A stretch of 64,000 bases of DNA from sequence record NC_016571.1; one strand, given 5' to 3'. The translations under genes and the position numbers were made by a program. A model generated the notes under the pieces. It ran no database searches. It worked only from the letters and a program-made list of their open reading frames with translations, and had not been told where the DNA came from. Below, piece after piece: positions 50,124-60,287 of the stretch. Each line of letters opens with the position of its first letter. Within the stretch, counting starts at the first letter, position 1.

Positions 50124-50585
50124 ATGAAAGGCCAAGGTTACTGCGAGTTGCAGGTTGATCTTTCCAGCGGACTTAAAATCTCCAAAGCTATCGGCAATAT
50201 CGCCGATGATTGTGGTGGAGCTATTCCCGCCAATAAACTTCATGCAACGATTATGTACGACGTCCGTAATCCTGATATCTTTCCGCCGAAATCCAATGCG
50301 GTTTATAACGCTAAAGTTATCGGGATTAAGACACTGGGTAAACCAGGTGACAAATGGTACGCCTGTGCTCTGGAATTAAATTGTCCAGAAATACATGCCC
50401 GCCATAAAGAACTGGTTAAAGCCGGTTACGTTCATTCATACGACGACCTCCTTCTTCATGTCTCTTTGTCTTACGGAGAAGCCACTTCTGTAATTGCACC
50501 ACAACTGGAGCAGATGTTTGCAGAAGGTAAACTCCCAGAGACTATTACGTTATGTAATGAGACATGGGATACGTTGGAAGATTGA
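50124..50585 (+). CDS. acb1: Acb1-like 2H phosphoesterase (anti-CBASS nuclease)
   Basis: two HxT/S motifs, LHATIMY and HSYDDLLLHVSLSY; size like T4 Acb1 (57B). Confidence 0.8.
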   Translation: MKGQGYCELQVDLSSGLKISKAIGNIADDCGGAIPANKLHATIMYDVRNPDIFPPKSNAVYNAKVIGIKTLGKPGDKWYACALELNCPEIHARHKELVKAGYVHSYDDLLLHVSLSYGEATSVIAPQLEQMFAEGKLPETITLCNETWDTLED

Positions 50586-50742
50586 TGGATGTAGGAGGGT
50601 ATGGATACTCTTCTTTAATAAAAGGAGTTACCCAGGGAAGTGAATAGGTTTCCGATTTCACTTGGATGATTTCTCAGACCTATATTACCTAAGTGATAAA
50701 CCTAAACAGTTTAAACCTTATTTCAATATAGAGAGAAAACTT

Positions 50743-50904
50743 ATGTTCTTTAATAGCCCAGATGACCTCGTTGTAATGGCCTCAGCATTCTTCACCGGTA
50801 TCGGTGCGTTAGTTTTCGGATGTGCCGGATACTACGGTATCAAAGGCGCTATCCGCAACATGCTGCATCCTCAGAATGTTCAAGCTGTACGCAACAAGCA
50901 TTAA
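50743..50904 (+). CDS. small single-TM protein
   Basis: ATG 50743 with GAGAG; hydrophobic LVVMASAFFTGIGALVFGCAGYY. Confidence 0.45.
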   Translation: MFFNSPDDLVVMASAFFTGIGALVFGCAGYYGIKGAIRNMLHPQNVQAVRNKH

Positions 50905-51004
50905 TCCAGGTACAGCATCCTCCGTTAGGGGGATGCTGACCTATATCATATGTTTATTTTTTTTTGTCATCTTTTGATTGATTATCTTTGATGAGGAAGA
51001 GACA

Positions 51005-51415
51005 ATGCCAAAGGGTGTCGTTGCCACAATGGATACCGTCGGGTTTATACAAGAACCCGGTATCAAAATAGACCGTGCCATCGCGTACTGGTTTGCTAAC
51101 CGTATTGACCAATGTATCATATTGAGGAATGTTAAGTCCTATCAGTATGTTGTCGCTAAGCACCAAGATGACAAGAAAGGGGAAGAAAGATTCCTCGAAG
51201 ATATACAAAAGAACTTGCGCGAGTATCTCTTGCAAATCTTTGATGCTGTCTCTGTCAATGCCTGGGCTAAACGAGAACAAGAGGGGGACAAGATGTTCTC
51301 ACTTATTCTCTCTGGGATAGTTGAGCAAGATGGTAAGAAATATGACCTTGCCCACGCAGTATCTGTGAATGGCGAGACTTATAAACTAATTGATATTGGA
51401 AGAGGTTTACGTTAA
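51005..51415 (+). CDS. conserved hypothetical protein
   Basis: ATG 51005 with GAGGA RBS. Confidence 0.7.
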   Translation: MPKGVVATMDTVGFIQEPGIKIDRAIAYWFANRIDQCIILRNVKSYQYVVAKHQDDKKGEERFLEDIQKNLREYLLQIFDAVSVNAWAKREQEGDKMFSLILSGIVEQDGKKYDLAHAVSVNGETYKLIDIGRGLR

Positions 51416-52215
51416 TGGCTTCAAAAGAAGAATTCGCTGGGATTGATAAGATTAAGCACGGTAAGCTTATCGAGTTTATGACCAATAACTTCCGTAATGT
51501 GGAAATTGCAGGTAAGCAAGTCATCCAGACCCCTGATGGTGAGTTTATCGAATACGTTCTGATGGAAGAATCCTACTTCGTAGAGAACTGGCTCGTTCAG
51601 TTTGCTATCGGGCACGTCGGTGAGAAGAACTACTTCAACCACCAGGAATGGTCTCGCCTGACCGATGGGTTCACCAAAGGTGCTATTATCTTAAACGAAG
51701 ATAAGCAACCTGTATGCCTGATCCGTAAATTCATTGATATGGACCTGGGCGGTGAATTACAACACCACATGGACCACTTTGCCCGTATGGCCTCTCAGGC
51801 TGCTCACGTTCCTGATAAGAATGAAGCTGATGAGATCATCGGTGCATTTGCTAACGCAGTAGAGCAGATCGCTTCTCAGAACCCAGACTACGATACTCTT
51901 ACGGCAATGATTCCATATGAGTATTACCTGCGCCATGGTATCGACCCAACTGTAGTCAAGCAGTGTATCTGGATCCGTGATAACTACACCTTAGGTGGTG
52001 AGCCTATTGACGCTGACAGCGACATCATGAAGGCAGTTGAGATTGTTCTCTATAAACACGCTCGTGGTGAACCTACCACTGAGAAAGAACGTAATCTCGT
52101 ATTCCATCTGACTAACGGTGATTTTAATTTTGACGGGAAGATGAATGAGGTAGACACCCAAAATTCTCCCGCCATTGAAAAGCCGGATGACAAATTCGAT
52201 CCATTAGCTGACTAA
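51415..52215 (+). CDS. conserved hypothetical protein
   Basis: 266 aa, TAATG coupling. Confidence 0.7.
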   Translation: MASKEEFAGIDKIKHGKLIEFMTNNFRNVEIAGKQVIQTPDGEFIEYVLMEESYFVENWLVQFAIGHVGEKNYFNHQEWSRLTDGFTKGAIILNEDKQPVCLIRKFIDMDLGGELQHHMDHFARMASQAAHVPDKNEADEIIGAFANAVEQIASQNPDYDTLTAMIPYEYYLRHGIDPTVVKQCIWIRDNYTLGGEPIDADSDIMKAVEIVLYKHARGEPTTEKERNLVFHLTNGDFNFDGKMNEVDTQNSPAIEKPDDKFDPLAD

Positions 52216-52241
52216 CAGGTCTAGTGGGTCTAAGGAATACA

Positions 52242-53375
52242 ATGAAAAAGTTTAAAGGTCTGTTAACCACTGACCACCATTGCTTAAACCCACGAACACC
52301 TACTCGTCACATTTTGGGGAACCTGGACACATTCTACTATAAAGAAAATAACTTAGCTGATATTGACTTTAGTGTGATGTGTGGTGACTTCTTCGATGAC
52401 TTAGCTCCGGCTAACGATCCGAACATGATGATCTGCCAGCGCTGGATTAAAAAGCATTTACAGATCTGCCATGAAAAGAAAGTACACGTTCGTATTTTGG
52501 AAGGGACGTCGTCGCATGACTGGGGACAACCAGAAATCTTTGATATCCTTAAACCAAAAGACACCCCATATATAAAGTACATTAATACCTTATCCATTGA
52601 GTATATTCCTGAGCTGGATATCAACGTAATGTATGTACCGGATAACTTCGGTCATATATCCACCGATACCATTTACGAACAAGCTCTGAAATTAATGGCT
52701 GAGCATAATGTTTCTCAACTTGACTTTATCTTCTTGCACGGTGGGTTTGATTATCAGCTCCCTCCAATAGCAAACAAGAAAGGAACTCTTTACGATTCTG
52801 TCAAGTGGAGTGCATTAGCCAAGCACGCCATATTCAGTGGACATATTCATAAGCCATCTCAGAAGTTAAAGATTCACTGTGGTGGTTCGTTTGACCGTAT
52901 CTCATTTGGTGAGATGCACCCGAAAGGTGGTTATCGTTTCCAGTTCAACAAGGATGAGTTCAGCGCGTCGTTCTGGGAGAATAAGAACGCACTTATCTAT
53001 GATAAGATTCTGATCAATAAGGAAATGGATGCTAAACAAGTTTCTAAGGAACTTAATAACTACTTGTCTAAACGTCCACCGACTAATACCCACATTCGTT
53101 TAGTAGGTGGATTGTCGTCAGTTACCAACCCTCTGATTAATGAGTACAAGGAACAGTACCCGCAATACATCTTTGATTTGGATAACGTAAAAGAAGATAA
53201 CATCGAAGTAGATGATACTCTTTACACACCTGAGATGTATAAGGGTGTTGCGTTAACCAGACATAACCTCAAGGATAGTTTGTTCAACTTTATGGAATCC
53301 ACTTTTGTGCAAAATGACACGATCGATATGTCATTGATCCACGAAATAATGGATGAGGCTATGGGTACAGAATGA
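52242..53375 (+). CDS. sbcD: SbcD/Mre11-like metallophosphoesterase nuclease
   Basis: TDHH, GDFFD, GTSSHD, LHG and GHIH metallophosphoesterase motifs. Confidence 0.85.
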   Translation: MKKFKGLLTTDHHCLNPRTPTRHILGNLDTFYYKENNLADIDFSVMCGDFFDDLAPANDPNMMICQRWIKKHLQICHEKKVHVRILEGTSSHDWGQPEIFDILKPKDTPYIKYINTLSIEYIPELDINVMYVPDNFGHISTDTIYEQALKLMAEHNVSQLDFIFLHGGFDYQLPPIANKKGTLYDSVKWSALAKHAIFSGHIHKPSQKLKIHCGGSFDRISFGEMHPKGGYRFQFNKDEFSASFWENKNALIYDKILINKEMDAKQVSKELNNYLSKRPPTNTHIRLVGGLSSVTNPLINEYKEQYPQYIFDLDNVKEDNIEVDDTLYTPEMYKGVALTRHNLKDSLFNFMESTFVQNDTIDMSLIHEIMDEAMGTE

Positions 53376-54172
53376 TAGTGAGGACTAAGGGTACGCTTCC
53401 CATAAGCGTCGGTACGGCACTTGCCATTGAAACACTACCCAGTGTTAAGATGTACAAGTATCACGCCATCCTGTTCAATCTGAGAACGATTATCCGTAAT
53501 GCCAGACAAGCGTTTGAAGGCGACGTCCTTCCTTCTGTTAGCGAGTTGTTTGATGCTTGCAAAGAAGACATTGTCGGTATTGCGGAAGCCATAATTGCGA
53601 TGAAGATTCGCACCGTGTTGGAATTAAAGATTTACTACCCCAGCTATCGGTCGTTAGAGTCAACATTTCCATTAGGTAAAGTTATCGATGTTCAGAAGAA
53701 CGGTACCGATAAACAGAAGGCCATTTATAAACTCGATAAAGAAGTAGCTGATAAAGTACTTGCTGAATTTGGGAAAGGAATAACCCAAGTTGATTCGAGA
53801 GTTCCACAGTTTTCTGGTGATGCGTTGATCATGACTCATCATCCAGTCGATTTGGTTACAACAGAATCTTACTCCAGACTCTATCTATTAGAGTCACACA
53901 CTGGAACAATCAAAAACTACACTTTGACTTATTCCAAGTTGACAGGTTCTGATAAGTTTAACAACATACCGTTAAACAAGATTACGATACAAGTATTCGG
54001 GGACAAGTCCTCTAACTTCTATTCGCAGTCTATAGGTTTAAAGAACACCCTTAAACAGTTAGCAGACTCGGCGCATTGGTCAACAGCCTCTACACCAAGT
54101 ATGGTAGCAAGATCTATTCGTTCTCTGCCGGAATCCCCAGAGAAAGATATCCTCATTCAAATGTCTAAATAA
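53372..54172 (+). CDS. conserved hypothetical protein (phiKZ gp66-like by synteny)
   Basis: 266 aa in the core block. Confidence 0.6.
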   Translation: MIVRTKGTLPISVGTALAIETLPSVKMYKYHAILFNLRTIIRNARQAFEGDVLPSVSELFDACKEDIVGIAEAIIAMKIRTVLELKIYYPSYRSLESTFPLGKVIDVQKNGTDKQKAIYKLDKEVADKVLAEFGKGITQVDSRVPQFSGDALIMTHHPVDLVTTESYSRLYLLESHTGTIKNYTLTYSKLTGSDKFNNIPLNKITIQVFGDKSSNFYSQSIGLKNTLKQLADSAHWSTASTPSMVARSIRSLPESPEKDILIQMSK

Positions 54173-54184
54173 GAGAGTAATAAC

Positions 54185-54973
54185 ATGAGCCAGCAAAATA
54201 ACGGTACTTTCGTTCGTCGTCCACAGACCATGTTCAACGACTTCCGCTATCCGATGCCTAAGTCTGACAAACCTGTTGAGGGCGCTAAGTACCCTGCTAC
54301 CTGGACCTGGGAACTGGGCCTGTCCGGTCAGATCTTTATGAAGATCAATGACGGCGTCTGGGGTAAAGACGACAAGAACGCTAAGTCTAAAGAAGTCGAA
54401 TTGTCCTGGGCTGACCGTAACGCTCTGTTGAACCTGATGGAAGAAGCGTGTAACAACCCTAACTTCGGTAAGGCTCAGTACGTTGTTCGTAAAGTTACTT
54501 TCGGTAACGGCGGTCGTATGAATGACCACCCATCCACCATGGGTACATTCACCGTAATCCGTGACGGTCAAGGTAAGATCCACGTAGGTTACACCAAAGG
54601 TACTTACAAAGTAATGTTCCCATTCACCTCTCCTTACGACTCCATCATCCTGGTTTCTAAAGACGGTGAATCCGTAGAAGACAACGGCCTGATGTCACGT
54701 GTTTACTGTAAGGCATTCATCAACTTCTCTCGTAAGTATCTCGACCAGTACGAGTGGGATAACTTCAAACCACGTGAGAAGAAAGGTGGTGATAATAACG
54801 GTAACAACAATAACCGTGGTGGCGGTAATAACAGCTGGGGTGGTAACAATAACTCTGGTGGTAATGGTGGTGGTAACAGCGGTTGGGGTGGTAATAACTC
54901 CAATAGCGGTGGTGGTCAACAGACCCAGCAACGCCAAGCACCAGCAGATTTCGATGACGACATTGATTTCTAA
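54185..54973 (+). CDS. chmC: ChmC-like nucleic-acid-binding protein with a G/N-rich disordered tail
   Basis: folded N-domain plus GGNNS repeats and acidic end DFDDDIDF; position immediately before the gp68-like and gp69-like genes. Confidence 0.6.
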   Translation: MSQQNNGTFVRRPQTMFNDFRYPMPKSDKPVEGAKYPATWTWELGLSGQIFMKINDGVWGKDDKNAKSKEVELSWADRNALLNLMEEACNNPNFGKAQYVVRKVTFGNGGRMNDHPSTMGTFTVIRDGQGKIHVGYTKGTYKVMFPFTSPYDSIILVSKDGESVEDNGLMSRVYCKAFINFSRKYLDQYEWDNFKPREKKGGDNNGNNNNRGGGNNSWGGNNNSGGNGGGNSGWGGNNSNSGGGQQTQQRQAPADFDDDIDF

Positions 54974-54993
54974 GGACTAGCATAGTTGATTAA

Positions 54994-55019
54994 CCTAGCT
55001 CGGGATGTCCCGAGCTAGG
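54994..55019 (+). terminator. intrinsic terminator
   Basis: CCTAGCTCGGG-ATGT-CCCGAGCTAGG then CTTTTCTTTT. Confidence 0.8.
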
Positions 55020-55051
55020 CTTTCTTTTATGTTTGTCTAAAAATTAACAGG

Positions 55052-55070
55052 CAGATATTATTAGCTTGTA
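55052..55070 (+). promoter_or_regulatory. putative early promoter
   Basis: CAGATATTATTAGCTTGTA. Confidence 0.6.
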
Positions 55071-55091
55071 TATGACAGAGAGGATTAACCT

Positions 55092-56723
55092 ATGCGTTAT
55101 GACAACCGAATGTCTGGTAAGAAGGCAATCGATGCAATAATCGTGACTCACAATGGTGAAGAGATTATCTTCCGTGGGGCACAGAAAGTAAATGGCGGTG
55201 ATGCTGACCAGGAACTGTTTGAATTTCTGAACGAATACTTCCAGAGTTGCTCTGAAGCTACTTTGGATAAACTGTGGGCTTTGATCAAAGCCGGTAAGCG
55301 AATCCTGGAACCAGGTTATTTCGAAGAGGTGGATACTCCAGAGATTCAGGAACTTCGTAAGCGTAATCAGGACTATAAGTTCTTGACTGAAAAGTTAGAG
55401 CCTATCATCCGTGAAATGTATACCGTTATCACACCTGCTGAAATCGGTTATGCTGCTCAGGTTACTGGACGTTGTGAAGCACCGAAAGATTTGATGGCAA
55501 TGTCTCAACTGGGCGACTATCCAGAAGAAACAACTATCGACGCATTTAAATATGCCGAACTGGTTAAGCAAGCATTCGCCGTTCAATTATCCTTCCCAGT
55601 GGTAAACCAACTACTGGACCATGTGTCTAGCATTACCGGTAAAGATTACAAAGATGTACCAGCCGGTACGATGATGGCGAACATCACAGCTTTAACCGAT
55701 ATGCCAGGTTGGCGTATTCTGGACGTATATGTCCGAGCATCATGCCTCCGTCAGGAAGCACGACGCAATAGTATCGGTGTGGTCAGTGATGTGAAGTACA
55801 TTGACTATATCGTATATAAAGGACTGTTCAATAAACTGTGTCTGACATTCTTACCGAGCAAGATCAATGGTAAGAACTTGTCTAAAGAACTGAACTCTCT
55901 GGTAGAGGGTGAAATCCGTGGCGGAGCCGATATTAAGTTTAAGACTTATAAGGATCCAAAACCAGGTTCTGATGACCAGTCTATTCCAGAATCATATCGT
56001 ATCGCTCAAGCAGTCAACGGTACCGATGAAATTGCGCAGGCCGAGTACTTTACTTTTGGCATGTATAATGAAGTCAGAGGGGAAGATCAATGGGGTAACC
56101 CTACTGTACGCTTAGAGAAGAAACATAAAGACTTCTTCTATTATCAGTGTATGGGTCTGGGTATTAAGAACCAAGCTCTCGCAGAACGTTTGTTCAACAC
56201 TCTGCCACGGCTCTGGGACTTCCGTCTGACCACGGTACATATAAAGTTACTGCAACTTGTATTTAGCGGCAACATAAACTACTATCTGATTCCGGTACTG
56301 AATTACGACCAGTTAATGGCCGCAATTGTATTGGCTCAGGTTAAGCTTTATGAGATGGGCTTTGAGAATCTGGCGACTCTGTGCGCTATCGTTCGCAACC
56401 CTTCTTATCATGTCGTTTATCTGGATGACGATTTTAAACTCACCACCAAAGATCGTGAAGTATTGACCGAGATGTGTGATATCTATTCCGGTCAGTCGAC
56501 ATCGACTACAGAAAACATTCTGGTTAAGTCGGTATCTGATCTCCTCGATGAACTTGCTACCTCAGGTTGGGATTCGAATATCGAAGCCGGGCTGTTGGGT
56601 AATGAAAAGTTCGTCAACGCTATGAGTTCCGGTCAAATGTATCAAGTGGACTTGATACCTGAGATGAAACGTGAACTGTTAGCATTAATCAAATTAAATA
56701 ACTCTACTGTAGACGAGGAATAA
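55092..56723 (+). CDS. nvRNAP promoter-specificity subunit (phiKZ gp68-like)
   Basis: 543 aa; size and synteny only. Confidence 0.55.
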   Translation: MRYDNRMSGKKAIDAIIVTHNGEEIIFRGAQKVNGGDADQELFEFLNEYFQSCSEATLDKLWALIKAGKRILEPGYFEEVDTPEIQELRKRNQDYKFLTEKLEPIIREMYTVITPAEIGYAAQVTGRCEAPKDLMAMSQLGDYPEETTIDAFKYAELVKQAFAVQLSFPVVNQLLDHVSSITGKDYKDVPAGTMMANITALTDMPGWRILDVYVRASCLRQEARRNSIGVVSDVKYIDYIVYKGLFNKLCLTFLPSKINGKNLSKELNSLVEGEIRGGADIKFKTYKDPKPGSDDQSIPESYRIAQAVNGTDEIAQAEYFTFGMYNEVRGEDQWGNPTVRLEKKHKDFFYYQCMGLGIKNQALAERLFNTLPRLWDFRLTTVHIKLLQLVFSGNINYYLIPVLNYDQLMAAIVLAQVKLYEMGFENLATLCAIVRNPSYHVVYLDDDFKLTTKDREVLTEMCDIYSGQSTSTTENILVKSVSDLLDELATSGWDSNIEAGLLGNEKFVNAMSSGQMYQVDLIPEMKRELLALIKLNNSTVDEE

Positions 56724-56728
56724 GAATA

Positions 56729-58273
56729 ATGAGCATGAATCTGGTAAAAGCACGTTGTGGTCTGACTAACTACTATCACCAACAAGTTATCCGTAACCCT
56801 GTTCTGAATCTGGAAACGACATTGATCGACCAGCTTACAGAAGAAAACATGATGGGTGGGGTGAATGGTTCCACTCTGAAGATGGCTGCTGTAATGGGTG
56901 GTGGTCTGAATGCTCAGGCTTCTGGCTTTGCAAACATCATGGATGGTTGGAATGACTCCAAAGGTCTGATGATGTTGGATTTCTGTTCCAGTGATTCCCC
57001 TGTAGCTGTTGAGTACATGCACGTTATCGGGTATGTAACAAACAACGGTGCTGAACAGGGCCTGACTATGGATGCTCTCTTTACTCCGGTAATGAGTTGG
57101 AAATCCCATGAGTCTATCACTGCATCGGGTATGCTGGATAGCCCAACATCTGTACGTCGTAAAATGGGTGGTCGTACTGACTATATCCTGAACGATGGTT
57201 CTCAAATGGGTTCTGTCGTATCCCTTCGTCCTTCTGACATTATCGATTATTCTATCGAGAAAGCGTCTTCTGACGATATCCTGGAGCGGATGCAGGATGA
57301 AGGTATGGACGGAATGGTTCCTCAAACTACCGTGGCTGCTTCTGACATCAGTCGTGTCGGCGTTGTTACATCAAAACGTGGTAACCTGAACCCAACCAAC
57401 TATGCGACAGATATGCTTGTTGCCGGTACTGGTTATCAGCGTAATCAACAACTCCAGTCCAACATGATGGACAGCATGGGTGAGAACACTACTCAGTTTG
57501 ACGGGATGTTTAATGACCTGTCTCAGCTGGCGTATCAATCTCGTAACAAAGAACCTGAATTACTGCGTGATGACTTCTTCCGTGAAATGATGGAAATGAT
57601 GGGGCAAGCTCAAATGCGTGGCTTCCGTGGCTATACCATCGGTGATCTGGAAATGGCATTCCCGAACATCAACGAAGTTCTGGATTTAACCTTCATGGAT
57701 AAATCTGAATTCGTGGTTAACGATTTTACTGCTGATACAGAAAGCATGGGTACTTCCCAGCTGGAAGAATTCGTATCTCAGGAAATCACCATGAACATCA
57801 TGGACCTGATGATCAAGTACGGTCTGTCTGAAATCAACTTCCGTGGTTCAAACTGCGATAACTACGGTGGTGATGGTGCATTGTCTAACGTCGTTGTTCT
57901 TCCATATGGTTCTTTCTCTCTGGATGCCGATGACTATCAACTGGGCCAAAAGACCGAAGCATTCGTAGATGATCTGACCAATCAGATCTTTGCGAAACTG
58001 AATGGTCTTCGTCCGGCAGATATGACGCCAATTCGTTTTGATGTCAGTGCTGAACTGTTCGGTACTTTGATCGTTAACATGGTGCGTGTGGACGATAGCA
58101 ACATCGGCGGCGGTTTCGATATGTCAGCAGGCGGCGTACCAGCAGGTATGGGTTCTCGCGTATATCCAACTTACGCAATTAACAACTTCGGTACGGTTAC
58201 TGGTGATAAAGAACAAGCTCAAGTAGCGGGTTCCAACTTCTTCTCTAACCTGTCCTCTTATTTCCAATCTTAA
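56729..58273 (+). CDS. picA: PicA/Imp1-like phage-nucleus import factor (phiKZ gp69-like)
   Basis: 514 aa; synteny only, between gp68-like and gp70-like genes. Confidence 0.5.
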   Translation: MSMNLVKARCGLTNYYHQQVIRNPVLNLETTLIDQLTEENMMGGVNGSTLKMAAVMGGGLNAQASGFANIMDGWNDSKGLMMLDFCSSDSPVAVEYMHVIGYVTNNGAEQGLTMDALFTPVMSWKSHESITASGMLDSPTSVRRKMGGRTDYILNDGSQMGSVVSLRPSDIIDYSIEKASSDDILERMQDEGMDGMVPQTTVAASDISRVGVVTSKRGNLNPTNYATDMLVAGTGYQRNQQLQSNMMDSMGENTTQFDGMFNDLSQLAYQSRNKEPELLRDDFFREMMEMMGQAQMRGFRGYTIGDLEMAFPNINEVLDLTFMDKSEFVVNDFTADTESMGTSQLEEFVSQEITMNIMDLMIKYGLSEINFRGSNCDNYGGDGALSNVVVLPYGSFSLDADDYQLGQKTEAFVDDLTNQIFAKLNGLRPADMTPIRFDVSAELFGTLIVNMVRVDDSNIGGGFDMSAGGVPAGMGSRVYPTYAINNFGTVTGDKEQAQVAGSNFFSNLSSYFQS

Positions 58274-58289
58274 TCTGGAGCTGTAACAA

Positions 58290-59801
58290 ATGAACAAGCT
58301 TAATAAACTGTACGAAGCCATGCTGAAATCTTGGGGCTGTACTCTGTCTGCCGACGCAGCAATCAGCCTCAACTTCAGCGGCACCGTCGTACCAGTTACA
58401 GTAGAAGAGAAACAGGTATATCTGGCTACATCTGAAAACCTGAACGGCGTGACCATTGGTAAGGTATTCTTCCACCCGGCATGTGAATCCATCATGTCTA
58501 AAGAAACCGAAATCTTTAAGGTCATCCGTAAACTGTCTACTGCCAAGATCTATGCCGTATTCCAGCCTATCTGCGAAGTTCTGTTTGCGGTAGCAGGTAA
58601 GAAATCCGGTAAGACCCTGACTGGTAAAATGATGGAAATGCTGGAACCGTTCAAAACGGTAACCAAAGCGGTTAAGCAGGAAGTACTTGATATCATCAAG
58701 ACTATCTCCGTAACCATCGAAGATCAAAACGTGGATACTCGTCTGATCAGTTTTAACCTGATGAAAGGTGGAAAGACTGAAAACGACGAACCTATCTATT
58801 ATACCGCAACTCCGAGCTTCCCGTTCTATACTGAACTGTATCGTACCGCAGCACAGAACGAACATCTGAAAGCTGCTGACCGTCTGAGCTTTAATGGGCT
58901 GAGTGTTTCTATGCAGGCGATGCGTGTTGTTATCGCTCTGTTCGAAATTGCAATCCCAGCGGTTATCGATCCAGCTCGTCATAAGTATGCAGCGACTACT
59001 CAGGACGCAGCGCGTCTGACAGCATATCTGCATTCCTATGGTCTGGTTGTATCTGACATGAACAGTCTGATCGGTAAGTTCCGTAAAGAGTTCGATGCTA
59101 TCGGCATTTACGGTATTGATATTGACTGGTTGTCCGAACTGGACGAAATCAGCGAAATCAAGAAACTGATCCCGGCCCTGGATTATAACAACTACAACAT
59201 GGGTTCTGCTCCAGAAGCACCAGCGGCTAATAGCGGCGCTCGTATTTCCAGCTATAACCCAGTTGCAGGTATGTTTAATTCTTCCAGTCAGTCCAACATC
59301 AATCAGGGTTCTGCAAACACAATTGCGTCTGCTCCGAAGATCCCTGATGCGATGCCAGGTGAGAACTACATCGGTTGTGATTATTCTCAGGCTAATGGTA
59401 TTTATGAATATAAATTCCAGTGTAACAATGGCTTGGTTCGTGTACGTCGTCTGGCTGAAGATGGCCGCTTCATTTCTGAAGACTTCCAGAACCCGATGAT
59501 GACTAACATGAACGGTATGAACAACAATGGCGTTCCTCCACTGGGTATGGGTATGCCAAACATGATGATGCCTGGTATGGCTAACCCAATGATGATGAAC
59601 ATGATGGGATCTGGTATTCCAATGTTCGGCATGGGACAGCCTGGGATGGGTGCAATGGTTCGTGACCCATATACCGGTCAAATGGTAATGGCAGGTAACA
59701 ACCAAGCTCAGAACAACGGTTTCCAACAGCCACAGAACAATGGCATTCAGTGGAACACCGGTATTGATCTCGGTTCAACTGCTGGCATCAACGACTACTA
59801 A
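58290..59801 (+). CDS. conserved protein with an M/G/N/P-rich low-complexity C-terminus (phiKZ gp70-like by synteny)
   Basis: 503 aa. Confidence 0.6.
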   Translation: MNKLNKLYEAMLKSWGCTLSADAAISLNFSGTVVPVTVEEKQVYLATSENLNGVTIGKVFFHPACESIMSKETEIFKVIRKLSTAKIYAVFQPICEVLFAVAGKKSGKTLTGKMMEMLEPFKTVTKAVKQEVLDIIKTISVTIEDQNVDTRLISFNLMKGGKTENDEPIYYTATPSFPFYTELYRTAAQNEHLKAADRLSFNGLSVSMQAMRVVIALFEIAIPAVIDPARHKYAATTQDAARLTAYLHSYGLVVSDMNSLIGKFRKEFDAIGIYGIDIDWLSELDEISEIKKLIPALDYNNYNMGSAPEAPAANSGARISSYNPVAGMFNSSSQSNINQGSANTIASAPKIPDAMPGENYIGCDYSQANGIYEYKFQCNNGLVRVRRLAEDGRFISEDFQNPMMTNMNGMNNNGVPPLGMGMPNMMMPGMANPMMMNMMGSGIPMFGMGQPGMGAMVRDPYTGQMVMAGNNQAQNNGFQQPQNNGIQWNTGIDLGSTAGINDY

Positions 59802-59824
59802 GTCATAATTAAAAAGTAAATACC

Positions 59825-59850
59825 TACCTCCTACTGCATAGTAGGAGGTA
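59825..59850. terminator. bidirectional terminator
   Basis: TACCTCCTACT-GCAT-AGTAGGAGGTA between convergent genes. Confidence 0.75.
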
Positions 59851-59874
59851 GTATTCTTTTATTCACTTTTTCTT

Positions 59875-60210
59875 TTATTCTCTTCTTACTCGAGTAACCT
59901 GTATTACCGAATCGACTTGTTCTTTAGTTACCGTAAAGAGACCCGGTATCTTAGTAAAGTCGGCGTTAGGGTTTTCCATATTGTTAATAAAGGAAGTGAC
60001 CCAAATGAGTTCTTCTGGAATAGTAGGATTATCCCCACCAAGGTTACGTAAGAACTTATGGAAGTTATACTTATAAGCAAACTTTATACTGTCATCTGCA
60101 AATGCAGAAAACGCTGCTTGTGATAATAAGATTTCTTTACAGGAACGAATAATCGTTTTGAATTCGTCTGTATAATAGTAGGAGTTTCCATACGGGATAG
60201 CTACGGGCAT
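59875..60210 (-). CDS. conserved hypothetical protein
   Basis: 111 aa, AGG RBS, own terminator. Confidence 0.65.
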   Translation of the reverse strand: MPVAIPYGNSYYYTDEFKTIIRSCKEILLSQAAFSAFADDSIKFAYKYNFHKFLRNLGGDNPTIPEELIWVTSFINNMENPNADFTKIPGLFTVTKEQVDSVIQVTRVRRE

Positions 60211-60249
60211 TTTATCACCTAATAAAAGGATGGGCCAAAGATAATCAGG

Positions 60250-60268
60250 CAGATATTATCTATACGTA
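60250..60268 (+). promoter_or_regulatory. putative early promoter
   Basis: CAGGCAGATATTATCTATACGTA. Confidence 0.6.
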
Positions 60269-60287
60269 ATGACAGAGAGGAATTACA

